Source: Patescibacteria group bacterium (GTDB taxonomy: Bacteria; Patescibacteriota; Patescibacteriia; UBA2591; JAQUPP01). Taken from it: a stretch of 64,000 nt of DNA. Of this stretch, positions 54,725 through 64,000 are shown piece by piece. Position 1 is the stretch's first letter; every line of letters begins with the position of its first letter. The translations under genes were made by a program, and so were the position numbers. The notes under the pieces are model-generated. The model searched no databases, was not told the origin of the DNA, and was given only the letters and a program-made list of their open reading frames with translations. The stretch spans positions 477,046-541,045 of the forward strand of contig JAQUPP010000001.1 in assembly GCA_028716665.1 (NCBI GenBank), written 5' to 3'.

Positions 54725-56494
54725 TTATTTTTTATCTTTTATTTCTTTCAGCACTTTATCAATAAATTTCTTTTTTGCCATATTTTTAACCACATTGCCG
54801 CGCATTCTGACATTGAGTTTTTTGCTTTTTATTTCTTTGTCCCCGATAATCAAGATATAAGGAATTTTTTGTTTTTCCGCCTTGCGGACTTTATAGCCGA
54901 TAGTTTCATTTGAATCATCAAACAAAACACTGATGCCGGATGATTCCAGCTCTTTGGCTATTTTTTGGCTCGCTTTAAAATGGTTTTTACCGATAGGAGT
55001 GATATAAACTTGAACAGGGGAAAGCCAGACGGGTAAAGCGCCGGCGAAATGTTCCAGTAAAATACCCATAAATCTTTCAAAAGAACCCATAATCGTGCGA
55101 TGAATCATTACCGGAGTTTTTTCTTTTCCGTCTTTATCAATATATTTGCAATTAAATTTCAAAGGCATTTGAAAATCCAATTGAATTGTCGCGCATTGCC
55201 AAGTTCTTCCCAAACTGTCTTTCAATTGAAAATCAATTTTTGGTCCGTAAAAAGCGCCGTCTTTTTCTTTAAGTCCGTAATCATCGCCGTAGACATCTTT
55301 TAAAATTATTTTAAGAGATTTTTCCGCTTTGTCCCAAACTTTAATATCACCCATAAAATCGTCAGGTCTGGTTGACAGATAGGCTTTATATTCCAAACCA
55401 AACGGCTGATATATTTTTTTAACTAATTTGATCACATCTTTTATTTCAGATTCAATTTGATCTTCGGTGATAAACATGTGCGCGTCATCTTGAACGAATT
55501 GTTGGACTCTGAATAAGCCGGCTAATTGTCCTGATTTTTCTTTGCGGGTAATCAATCCCGGTTCGGCGTAACGAATAGGCAAGTCGCGATAAGATTTTAA
55601 AGAATTGTTATAAATTAAAATCGCGCCCGGACAATCCATTGGCCGCAAAGCGAAAGTTTTATTTTCGTCAGCCTTAATAAAGTACATATCATCTTTATAA
55701 TGATCCCAATGACCGGATTGTTTCCAAATGGAAACATCAAGCATTGAAGGGCAAATGACGATGTCATACTTAAATTCTTTCTGCGCTTCCAGCCAAAAAT
55801 TCTTTAATTTGTTGTAAATAATGGCGCCCTTGGGATGGAAAAACGGCATGCCAGGCGCTTCATCATGCATTGAAAATAGATCCAATTCTTTGCCTAATTT
55901 TCGATGATCTCTTCTTTCCGCTTCTTCTTGAAGTTTCAGATAATCGCTTAATTCTTGCTGATTTTCAAAAGCCACCCCGTAAACGCGCTGAAGCATTTTA
56001 TTTTTTTCGTCGCCACGCCAATAAGCACCGGCGATTTTAGTTAATTTAAAAGCGCCTAAACTTTGAGTTGAACTGATATGAGGACCACGGCATAAATCAA
56101 CAAAATTACCAAGCGTATAAATACTGACTTTATTATTGGAAGGTTCTTTTATTTCAGTTTGTTTGTTAACATCAGTGGTCCCGAATTTTTTAATATCATT
56201 TAATAATTCTATCTTATATGGCTGATCAGTTTTTTGAAACAAGGCGATGGCTTCATTAATATCAATTTCCTGACAGACAAACTTTATATTTTTTTTAAGA
56301 ATTTGTCTGGCCACTTTGTCTATTTTCGGAAGATCTTCCGGAGTGAGAGAACGAGGCAAATCAAAGTCATAATAAAAGCCGTTCTCCACGGTCGGTCCAA
56401 CGCCGAATTTGGCATTGGGAAATAATTCCAAAATTGCCGCCGCAATTAAATGCGCGGTAGAATGACGGATAATTTCTATTTTATTTTCTGTCAT
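54725..56494 (-). CDS. thrS: Threonine--tRNA ligase (lacks the N-terminal TGS domain)
   Basis: 'RHSTAH', 'DLCRGPH', 'RDHRKLG', 'GAFYGPKID', 'TIQLDF'. Confidence 0.97.
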   Translation of the reverse strand: MTENKIEIIRHSTAHLIAAAILELFPNAKFGVGPTVENGFYYDFDLPRSLTPEDLPKIDKVARQILKKNIKFVCQEIDINEAIALFQKTDQPYKIELLNDIKKFGTTDVNKQTEIKEPSNNKVSIYTLGNFVDLCRGPHISSTQSLGAFKLTKIAGAYWRGDEKNKMLQRVYGVAFENQQELSDYLKLQEEAERRDHRKLGKELDLFSMHDEAPGMPFFHPKGAIIYNKLKNFWLEAQKEFKYDIVICPSMLDVSIWKQSGHWDHYKDDMYFIKADENKTFALRPMDCPGAILIYNNSLKSYRDLPIRYAEPGLITRKEKSGQLAGLFRVQQFVQDDAHMFITEDQIESEIKDVIKLVKKIYQPFGLEYKAYLSTRPDDFMGDIKVWDKAEKSLKIILKDVYGDDYGLKEKDGAFYGPKIDFQLKDSLGRTWQCATIQLDFQMPLKFNCKYIDKDGKEKTPVMIHRTIMGSFERFMGILLEHFAGALPVWLSPVQVYITPIGKNHFKASQKIAKELESSGISVLFDDSNETIGYKVRKAEKQKIPYILIIGDKEIKSKKLNVRMRGNVVKNMAKKKFIDKVLKEIKDKK

Positions 56495-56510
56495 AATGTT
56501 AATTTTTTTA

Positions 56511-56599
56511 GGCGAGGGTTATATCGCGAGAAAAGCGTTTCGCAGGCCGAAGCGGTCCGCCAGCTGGCGGAGTCTTTTTGAGCGATTGTGACCCGAGCC
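56511..56599. repeat. Nested GC-rich hairpin element in the thrS leader
   Basis: Outer GGGTTATATCGC/GCGATTGTGACCC stem; inner perfect palindrome TCCGCCAGCTGGCGGA at 56556-56571. Confidence 0.65.
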
Positions 56600-56601
56600 C
56601 G

Positions 56602-57744
56602 TTACTTGATAATTTTTATATTAATTTTATCCAGAGAAGTCGGCGCTTTTTTTAAGAAGGGCGGCCAAAATTTTACTTGGACTTTTTTGATTAAAATGTC
56701 GCCGTCTTTCAAAGAAGAAAAATAATTTTTAATTTCAGTGGAATTTAATCCTCTAAGATGATTTTTTTCCAAGATTTGATTTTCCGAATTAATAACCATG
56801 GATCCGCGCATTTGGATTTGGATATCAGCGGTTTGTTTATTTGTGTCGTAATTAAGCAAACGATAAGACAAACTGGCCGGTTCATAAGATAAAAATTCTT
56901 TTCCTTGAGGAATTTTTTTCTTTAAAGCATTTAAAGCAATATCTAAAACTTTTTTTTCATCAAAAGCCGCTGCGCCTATTTTAATTTTTTCAGAAACAGT
57001 AAATTCGGTTTTTTCTTCATTGGGTTTGGCATCGCAAGATTCTTGCAAAACAGTTGACTTGGTGACAATTTTAAAATCAGATTGAGGAACTTGATTCTCT
57101 ATTTCGATCATTCCTTTCTTGGAAAGTTTATCGCTCAAATCTTGTTTTAAGTCATCAATATCAGAGGCCATTATTATGCCGGCTTTTTTCAGACCGCCGG
57201 TCATCGCTTTTTCGCTTACAACTGATATTTTTTTTATCAGATCAGCGCTTTTTAAATTAGGGACAGTAAACGTGGATGGCCCGATTTCATAAGCCGCGCC
57301 CATTTTATCCGCCCGTACCATGGCTTTCATTTTGCCTTTGGCGGGAATTGAAGTTTGTTTTTCCAATCTAAAAACCAGGCCGTCAGGAGACAAGAAGCGG
57401 GTTGTGGCAATAAAATTTACTGACGAAGCAGTATTATTGGTAATAATCACTTCTCCTTCGGCAAAATCTTCGGCCGAGACCGTAGATTTAGGTTGGCCTT
57501 TTTCTTCTGATTCCTGGGTATTTTCCAGAATGGTCGCCTGAATAGAATCTGAATTAGAAGAAACAGCAGATTGAGCTTTTAAAGTCATATCAAGATCAAT
57601 TTCCTCGGGTTCTGGCGTAAGGGTGATTGTGACTCCATACGAAGCGACAAATAATCCCCAAATTAAACCAATAATCATTAAGGCTACCAAAATGAAAAAT
57701 ATGTAGCTGATTTTTTGATGAGGAGAAATGAAAATTGTTGGCAT
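56602..57744 (-). CDS. Single-TM protein with a baseplate J/gp47-like domain
   Basis: 'A.G.V.I.N......TRF.SPDGLVFR....IPA......V.AD..G..Y.I' pattern. Confidence 0.6.
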   Translation of the reverse strand: MPTIFISPHQKISYIFFILVALMIIGLIWGLFVASYGVTITLTPEPEEIDLDMTLKAQSAVSSNSDSIQATILENTQESEEKGQPKSTVSAEDFAEGEVIITNNTASSVNFIATTRFLSPDGLVFRLEKQTSIPAKGKMKAMVRADKMGAAYEIGPSTFTVPNLKSADLIKKISVVSEKAMTGGLKKAGIIMASDIDDLKQDLSDKLSKKGMIEIENQVPQSDFKIVTKSTVLQESCDAKPNEEKTEFTVSEKIKIGAAAFDEKKVLDIALNALKKKIPQGKEFLSYEPASLSYRLLNYDTNKQTADIQIQMRGSMVINSENQILEKNHLRGLNSTEIKNYFSSLKDGDILIKKVQVKFWPPFLKKAPTSLDKINIKIIK

Positions 57745-57935
57745 ACTAAAATTATTTAAAAATTAAGTTTGAGCTCTGCGAAAACGCAAAATTTTTAACT
57801 ATAATTTTGTGTACCCGCCCAGATTTTTGGATATTTAATTATTATTTTTTAAGATAACTTGATTTTTTTAATAATCCAAAAACTTGGGCGGGTGAATGTT
57901 TTGTTGTTCCGACTTAACGTCCGGAGACAAAACTA
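57745..57935 (-). other. Structured leader element, copy B
   Basis: Minus strand: AGTTTTGTCTCCGGACGTTAAGTCGGA..ACAAAAC-ATTCACCCGCCCA..TGGGCGGGTACACAAAA..AATTTTAGT-ATG, starting about 6 nt after TG-G-TATAAT. Confidence 0.7.
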
Positions 57936-57953
57936 TTCATATTATACCATTTT

Positions 57954-60900
57954 TTACGATTTAAGCAACAACTCGTCCAATTTATGTTTGTTTATTTCTT
58001 TTACTTCTTCAGCGATTAATTTAGGCACTCCGTCTTTATCTGAAACGCGGCCGGTAACGGAAACTATTTTATTTTCTTGCCATAGGTTGGGATTTTCTTT
58101 GTATAGGTTGGGGAAAACAATAACTTCTATATCGCCGGTATGATCTTCCATCTTTACGAAAAGCATCATTTCTTTCTTCGCCGTAATGATTTTTTTAATT
58201 TTACCAACCAAACCGATAATTTTAACGCTTGAATTATTACTTATTTTCCCAATCGGAATTGAATATTTTTTTAAAATTTCGCTGTATTCCTGTAAGGGAT
58301 GCTCGGAAATGAATAATCCCAACAATTCTCTTTCCCAAAGAAGTTTTTGCTGATGTTCGGTGGGCGGCACAGTTTGAAGTTTTAAACCCATTGTTTGTCC
58401 GACTGATGTTGCCCCGAATAAATTTGATTGGCCGTTTTCTTTGTCTTTTTGATTTTGCTTGGCGAATTCCAATATATTTTCCACATTGCCAAGAAGTTGT
58501 CCGCGTTCGCCGAAATAATCCATGGCTCCGCTTTTTATCAAACTTTCTATGGATTTTTTATTCAGATCTTTTGTTTGGACGCGATTTAGAAAGTCTTCCA
58601 AGTTTTGATAGGCGCCGTTTTCTTGAAGTTGTTCAATAATTGTTCTCACTATTCCGGTGCCGATATTTTTAACCGCCAAAAGTCCGAATCTGATTTTATT
58701 TTTATCAGTAACCGTAAAATTTTCAAAACTTTCATTGACATCAGGCGGCAGAATTTCAATTTTCATTTTTTTGGCATCTTCCACCAGAATGGAAATTCTA
58801 TCAGTGTCGTTTTGATCAGAGGTAAGCAAGGCAGCCATAAATTCAGTGGGGTAATTGGCTTTTAAATAAGCGGTTTGATAAGCAATAACGGCATAACAAG
58901 TAGCGTGAGCCAAATTAAAACCATATCCGGCAAAAGGTTCTATAAAAGCGAAAATATTTTCCGCTGTTTCTTTGGGAATTTTATTTTTTACGCATCCGCT
59001 GACAAATTTTTCTTTTTGTTCTTTAAGCAAGGCGGGAATTTTTTTACCAACCGCTTTTCTTAAAACATCAGCTTCTGATAAAGTAAAACCGGCTAAGTCG
59101 CGGGCGATTTGCAATAATTGTTCCTGATATACGGCTACGCCATAAGTTTTTGCCAAAATAGGTTCCAGTTTCGGATGCAAATAAGAAATGGTTTTCAGAC
59201 CGTGTTTTCCGGCAATATAATCTGGGATAAGCTCCATTGGTCCGGGGCGGTACAGGGCCACCATGGCAATAATATCTCTTAAATCAGTCGGTTTTAATTG
59301 TTTTAAATAACGTCGCATTCCGTCACTTTCTAATTGAAAGACGCCGGTACATTCTCCTTTTTTTAATAAAGAAAATGTTTTTTTGTCATCAACGGGAATT
59401 TTATTAATATCAATTTCTTTTTGTTGTGTTTTTTTGATAATTTTAAGCGCAGTTTCAACGACAGTTAAATTTTTTAGACCCAAAAAATCAATTTTTAACA
59501 ATCCAAGATTTTCAATGGCATGCATTTCATATTGAGAAATAACCGTTTTTTCATCACCGGAAATATCATATTGAACTGGAAGATAATGATCTAATGGTTT
59601 TTGTGTGACTACAACGCCGCAGGCATGTTTTGAAGCATGGCGGCAGACGCCTTCCAATTTTATGGCAATGTCAATAATTTTTTTGGCGTCAGCATTGCTG
59701 CTGTAAAAAGATTTTAAATCACTGGCTTTATCCAAGGCATCTTTAAGATTGGTTCCAAAAGGAATCATTTTTGCCAATTGATCGCAGAAAGAATAGGGAA
59801 TATCCAAAACTCGGCCCACATCTCTGATTCCGGCTCGGGCAGCTATGGTTCCAAAAGTAATAATTTGGGCAACATGATCGTGTCCGTATTTTTGTTCAAC
59901 ATAATTAATAACTTCATCGCGTCGCGTATCAGCGAAATCCAAATCAATATCAGGCATGACAATACGATCAGGATTAAGGAAACGCTCAAAAATAAGTTCA
60001 TATTTTATGGGATCAATATCAGTGATGTTTAAAATATAAGAAATAATTGAACCGGGCGCGCTGCCTCGTCCGGGACCGACGATTATTTTATTTTCTTTGG
60101 CCCAATTGACGAAATCTTGAACGATTAAAAAGTAAGAAGCAAAGCCGGTTTTTTCAATAACAGAAAGTTCGTAATTGAATCTTTCCAAAATACTTTTATC
60201 AGGATTCGGATAATGGTGATCCATTCTTTCTTGACATAATTTTTCCAAATATTGATTGGCGGTTTGTCCTTCAGGAATAGGGAAATGGGGGAGCTGGACT
60301 TTTCCGAGTTCAATTTCCACATTGCACGCTTGGACGATTTTTTCGGTATTTTCTACGGCTCCGGGATAATCTTTAAAATCTTCAATCATTTTTTCCGGCG
60401 AACGAAAAGAAAAATCATCGAAAAGCATAGACATCCGATTTTGGTCGGTTTTTTTCTTCTTGGTTTGAATACAAAGCAAAATATCTTGAATTTCCGCGTC
60501 TTCTGATTTCACATAATGCACGTCATTTGTCGCTACCAATGGGACGTCGTATTTTTGCGATAATTTCAAAAGAGTTTTATTGACTTTTTCCTGTTCCGGA
60601 CTATTGGGATGACATTGAACCTCTAAATAAAAATCTCCCGGCGCGAAAATTTCTTTGTATTTTAAAATAATTTGCTCAGCTTTTTCCAGCTGATTGTTAA
60701 GAATTGATTGAGGAATTTCTCCTTGAAGACAAGCAGTCAGGGCAATAAGTCCGGACGAATGTTTAATCAGTGTTTCATGGTCAATTCTCGGTTTATAATA
60801 AAAGCCCTCCAAGTGGGCAATGGTTGTTAGCTTGATTAAATTTTTATATCCTTCCTGATTTTTTGCCAAGAGAACCAAATGATATGGTTTTTCGTCTATT

Positions 60901-61136
60901 CTTGATTTTTTATCCAATCGGCTGTGCGGGGCAACATAAGCTTCTACACCGATAATCGGTTTAAGTCCGGCTTTTTTCGCTTTTTGATAAAATTCAATCA
61001 CGCCGTACATTACGCCGTGATCGGTTAGTGCCAAAGCGGTCATCTCATATTTTTTCGCTTCGGCGATCAGATCATCAATTTTCGGCAAACCGTCCAAAAG
61101 CGAATAATGGCTATGAATGTGCAAATGAGAAAACAT
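57954..61136 (-). CDS. dnaE: DNA polymerase III alpha subunit
   Basis: PHP 'HLHIHSHYSLLDG', 'GPGRGS', 'MPDIDLDF', 'YGFN.AH', OB-fold C-terminus. Confidence 0.98.
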   Translation of the reverse strand: MFSHLHIHSHYSLLDGLPKIDDLIAEAKKYEMTALALTDHGVMYGVIEFYQKAKKAGLKPIIGVEAYVAPHSRLDKKSRIDEKPYHLVLLAKNQEGYKNLIKLTTIAHLEGFYYKPRIDHETLIKHSSGLIALTACLQGEIPQSILNNQLEKAEQIILKYKEIFAPGDFYLEVQCHPNSPEQEKVNKTLLKLSQKYDVPLVATNDVHYVKSEDAEIQDILLCIQTKKKKTDQNRMSMLFDDFSFRSPEKMIEDFKDYPGAVENTEKIVQACNVEIELGKVQLPHFPIPEGQTANQYLEKLCQERMDHHYPNPDKSILERFNYELSVIEKTGFASYFLIVQDFVNWAKENKIIVGPGRGSAPGSIISYILNITDIDPIKYELIFERFLNPDRIVMPDIDLDFADTRRDEVINYVEQKYGHDHVAQIITFGTIAARAGIRDVGRVLDIPYSFCDQLAKMIPFGTNLKDALDKASDLKSFYSSNADAKKIIDIAIKLEGVCRHASKHACGVVVTQKPLDHYLPVQYDISGDEKTVISQYEMHAIENLGLLKIDFLGLKNLTVVETALKIIKKTQQKEIDINKIPVDDKKTFSLLKKGECTGVFQLESDGMRRYLKQLKPTDLRDIIAMVALYRPGPMELIPDYIAGKHGLKTISYLHPKLEPILAKTYGVAVYQEQLLQIARDLAGFTLSEADVLRKAVGKKIPALLKEQKEKFVSGCVKNKIPKETAENIFAFIEPFAGYGFNLAHATCYAVIAYQTAYLKANYPTEFMAALLTSDQNDTDRISILVEDAKKMKIEILPPDVNESFENFTVTDKNKIRFGLLAVKNIGTGIVRTIIEQLQENGAYQNLEDFLNRVQTKDLNKKSIESLIKSGAMDYFGERGQLLGNVENILEFAKQNQKDKENGQSNLFGATSVGQTMGLKLQTVPPTEHQQKLLWERELLGLFISEHPLQEYSEILKKYSIPIGKISNNSSVKIIGLVGKIKKIITAKKEMMLFVKMEDHTGDIEVIVFPNLYKENPNLWQENKIVSVTGRVSDKDGVPKLIAEEVKEINKHKLDELLLKS

Positions 61137-61202
61137 ATTTTTTATAGTTTATATAGTTTTTAGTTGATAGTTATGGTTATTCAGTTATTAGTTAAAAACC
61201 AA

Positions 61203-61244
61203 CTCCGACGTTTCGGTCGGAGCTCCGACCCATTGGCGTCGGAG
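61203..61244. repeat. Intergenic tandem double hairpin
   Basis: CTCCGAC-gtttcg-GTCGGAG CTCCGAC-ccattggc-GTCGGAG. Confidence 0.75.
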
Positions 61245-61254
61245 AAACCAAAAA

Positions 61255-61551
61255 CTATTTTTTATTTTCGTTATTTTCGTTATTTTCTTTTTCTTCTTTT
61301 TTTGCTTTAACAAAAGAGAATATTTCTTTTAAGCCTTGAGTAACCAAGCCCATAAAAGCGAGGGAGGTTACTTTCTCTTTTATTTTATCCATGGTATCTT
61401 CGGCTTTTTTGGAAACATTTAAAAATCGGCCGGCGGCTTTAGCGATTCTTATAGCAATAACCACGGCGATAATGCCCAAGAGAATATAAAAAAAAGCTAT
61501 AAAAATAACAGCGACGCTGGTGGTGATATAGAAAAGATTTTGACTGGCCAT
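61255..61551 (-). CDS. Small single-TM protein
   Basis: Hydrophobic N-terminus and helical C-terminus. Confidence 0.7.
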   Translation of the reverse strand: MASQNLFYITTSVAVIFIAFFYILLGIIAVVIAIRIAKAAGRFLNVSKKAEDTMDKIKEKVTSLAFMGLVTQGLKEIFSFVKAKKEEKENNENNENKK

Positions 61552-61677
61552 ATGATTTTTTTTGATTATTATTTTATTAAAATAAACATTATTTGACCTG
61601 TCTTAATTTTAGTCCTTAAATAGAAATTTTGCAATACCCATTGCCATATTTTAGCATATTTGTTAAAATAATTATAA

Positions 61678-61895
61678 AGAGTTTTGTCTCCGGACGTTAA
61701 GTCGGAGCTACAAAACCTTTACCCCCTCCTTTATCCCAACAATAAACTTTTGATAATCATTAGGGTAAAAGGCGAAGCCGCTTCGCTTACATAAGATTAT
61801 AAATCAATAGACCTTCGATGGAGTAAAGGAGGGGGTACTCAAAATTTTAGTAAAAATTTATTCAACTTCGTCTCTAAATTTTAAAAAATTTTGGT
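61678..61895 (+). other. Structured leader element, copy C
   Basis: AGAGTTTTGTCTCCGGACGTTAAGTCGGA..ACAAAAC-CTTTACCCCCTCC..GGAGGGGGTACTCAAAA..AATTTTGGT-ATG, starting just after TTGCCA-17 nt-TAAAAT. Confidence 0.7.
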
Positions 61896-62750
61896 ATGGG
61901 AGAAAATATTATTTTCAAACAACTTAGGGCCGCTCAATGGTTGCTGGCGCACAAAAAAGATATCCGCAAAGCCAAGGTGATTTTTCTAATTATTTTGAAC
62001 GCGGTTTTTTGGGGGATTGCCATTTGGCAGGGTATAATATATTTTACTTTAACCAAGAGCCATCAAGAAATGTTAGTGGAATTGACCAAAGAAAGAATTG
62101 ATTGGACCAGTATGCATGAGCATTTCAAACCGCAAGACATCGTGATCAGTAATGAAACCGCTATTTTGACTTTGGCCAATGGACAGGAGTCGCAATATGA
62201 TTTTGTGGTTCAAGCGCAAAATTTAAATGAAAAATGGATGATGTCTTCCATTGAATATTATTTTACTTTTAATGGCGGCCAAACGCTTGTGAAAAAAAGT
62301 TTTATTCTTCCTGATGAAAAAAAATATCTTTTTATTTTGGGTCAAAAAAATGCCTCTTCAGAAGATGTTAATTTTCAAATTTCAAAAATCAATTGGCAAA
62401 GAATTCGCCATCCTCGTGAAGCCAATTTGGAGATTTTATCAAAACTGATTATTCATGATCCTCAATTAAATTTAGTTATGACTTCTCAGGGTGTTGAATT
62501 CCCTCAAATTTCATTTACCGCCGAAAATCAATCAGTTTATGATTTTTGGGAAATTAATTTTACAATTGCACTTTATCAAAATTCAAGAATTGTCGGCATC
62601 AATACTATTCCGCTCCAATATTTTAAAAATGAAGAAAAGAAAATTATAGAATTACCTTGGGGGAAAATTGCGCCGCAAGCAACCAGTGTCGATATCAGGC
62701 CGGAAGTCAATGTTTTGGATTTAAGTGTTTTTATGCCGCCTAGTTTTTAA
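61896..62750 (+). CDS. Single-TM protein with two beta-sandwich (FxLYD-like) domains
   Basis: TM near aa 28-50; 'YDFVVQ..N.N', 'F.AEN.S.YDF...IALY'. Confidence 0.65.
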   Translation: MGENIIFKQLRAAQWLLAHKKDIRKAKVIFLIILNAVFWGIAIWQGIIYFTLTKSHQEMLVELTKERIDWTSMHEHFKPQDIVISNETAILTLANGQESQYDFVVQAQNLNEKWMMSSIEYYFTFNGGQTLVKKSFILPDEKKYLFILGQKNASSEDVNFQISKINWQRIRHPREANLEILSKLIIHDPQLNLVMTSQGVEFPQISFTAENQSVYDFWEINFTIALYQNSRIVGINTIPLQYFKNEEKKIIELPWGKIAPQATSVDIRPEVNVLDLSVFMPPSF

Positions 62751-62753
62751 ATT

Positions 62754-63863
62754 ATGTTGTTCAGTCGTTTCAAAAATTTTGACAGCACTTTATTTGTTTT
62801 AATGGTTCTTTTAATTATTATCGGTTTAAGTGTTCAATACAGCCTTTCGCTTTCACAAGTAAATTTTAAATCCAGTAATTTTGTCAAACAATCAATTTTT
62901 GCGGTTTTCGGGCTTGTTTTATTTTTTGTCATAGCTTCTCTGGATTTTCGTTTTATTAAAGCGATTAACTTGGTTTTTTATATTTTAGTCGTGTTGTTGC
63001 TTTTGGGCGTCTTGATATTCGGACAAGTTTCCCACGGAGTAAAAGGATGGTTTAACTTGGGCTTTTTTAATTTTCAGCCCATTGAGTTGGCAAAATTGGC
63101 AGCGCTTTTAGCTCTGGCTCAGTTTTGGGGTTTTAGTCGACAACCGATAAGAATTCTTCATATTATTGTCAGTTTTATTATAATTCTTCCGTTGTTATTT
63201 TTAATTATGCGTCAGCCGGATTTCGGTTCAGCGATGATGATAGTAATTTTATGGTTTGGGCTTCTTCTAATGATGGATAGAAACAAAAAGCATATTTTGG
63301 GATTATTATTAATAATAATTTTGATTGGCGCCTTGGGCTGGTCATTTTTTTTAAAAGATTATCAGCAAGATCGTATTTTAACTTATTTGAATCCGCAAAG
63401 CGATCAAGCGGGACGAGGTTATCAAATTACGCAATCGACCATTGCGGTTGGGTCCGGCCAGATTTTCGGCCGAGGATTCGGTCTTGGAACGCAAAGTCAG
63501 CTAAGATTTTTACCGGCCAGTGAGACGGATTTTATTTTCGCGGCATTAACCGAGGAATTCGGATTAATGGGTACTATTTTACTTTTGGGTTTTTATATCG
63601 CTCTTATTTCCCGTCTTGTTAAAATTGCCAAAAGCGCTTACGATAATTTCAGCCAAATTTTTGTTTTGGGAGCGGTAATTTATTTTTTCTCCCAAGCGAT
63701 CATAAATATAGGAATGAATGTCGGGTTATTTCCGATTGTCGGTATTCCACTGCCGTTTATCAGTTATGGCGGAAGTTCTTTATTGGTCAGTATGTTGATT
63801 TTGGCAATTATTGAAAGTATACTTTTATATCAGCCCTTTACCCACACACCAGAACAAAAATAA
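62754..63863 (+). CDS. rodA: SEDS peptidoglycan glycosyltransferase RodA
   Basis: 'FQP.ELAK', 'QPDFGS', 'GYQ..QS.IAVGSG', 'TDFIF..L.EE.G', 'P.VGIPLPFISYGGSS'. Confidence 0.9.
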   Translation: MLFSRFKNFDSTLFVLMVLLIIIGLSVQYSLSLSQVNFKSSNFVKQSIFAVFGLVLFFVIASLDFRFIKAINLVFYILVVLLLLGVLIFGQVSHGVKGWFNLGFFNFQPIELAKLAALLALAQFWGFSRQPIRILHIIVSFIIILPLLFLIMRQPDFGSAMMIVILWFGLLLMMDRNKKHILGLLLIIILIGALGWSFFLKDYQQDRILTYLNPQSDQAGRGYQITQSTIAVGSGQIFGRGFGLGTQSQLRFLPASETDFIFAALTEEFGLMGTILLLGFYIALISRLVKIAKSAYDNFSQIFVLGAVIYFFSQAIINIGMNVGLFPIVGIPLPFISYGGSSLLVSMLILAIIESILLYQPFTHTPEQK

Positions 63864-63975
63864 TGCTCGCCCCAGTATTTTTTTAAAATTATTTTTTAAT
63901 ATAGCAATAAGTAAATTAAGTATAATTTAATTTGGGGGCTCACATTAAAAAATACATTTTTGTTTGGTGGGGGGT
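63840..63975. repeat. Imperfect inverted-repeat element overlapping the rodA 3' end
   Basis: ACCCACACACCAGAACAAAAA ... TTTTTGTTTGGTGGGGGGT. Confidence 0.55.
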
Positions 63976-64000
63976 TTACAAAAAAAGGGGAGGTGGTATA

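Noticed and set aside
57954-61136. Intein or intron in dnaE
   Set aside because: Normal length (1060 aa) with contiguous motifs and no intein splice motifs.
1-64000. CRISPR array, DGR, retron, prophage or IS transposase
   Set aside because: No regularly spaced repeat-spacer array and no RT, integrase, transposase or capsid ORF recognised. The repeat pairs seen do not show adenine-specific TR/VR differences.

Overview
AT-rich chromosomal segment read with standard code 11 (TGA is a stop in rnhA). Gene content suggests Candidate Phyla Radiation/Patescibacteria (inference from the VirB2-like pilin fusion, giant Ig-repeat surface proteins, GerMN, DUF5654/DUF5661, TGS-less ThrS and SD-less core genes). 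It carries housekeeping genes (rpsU, greA, lysS, serS, thrS, gatB, miaA, miaB, alr, recJ, rnhA, dnaE, mreC-mreD-mrdA, rodA, rnpB), a Cache/HAMP/PAS two-component system with a Na/Pi transporter, and several very large surface proteins. I saw no CRISPR array, tRNA, rRNA, transposase, integrase or reverse transcriptase. The most striking signals are non-coding. (1) Nine stand-alone ORFan or divergent genes, including a divergent RpoD-type sigma factor, are each built as a cassette: TTGACA-type promoter, often a boxA-like GTTCTT motif, AGGAGG, ORF, terminator. The core genes have no Shine-Dalgarno, and regulatory parts are shared between unrelated ORFs. (2) A covarying structured leader element sits directly upstream of four genes. 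(3) Four 30-nt palindromic elements are inserted in frame inside alr, miaA (two) and miaB. (4) Other MITE-like hairpins donate stop or start codons, and one forms the P3 helix of RNase P RNA. (5) A 2978-aa protein has a VirB2-like pilin at its N-terminus and a type IV/GspG-like pilin head at its C-terminus.
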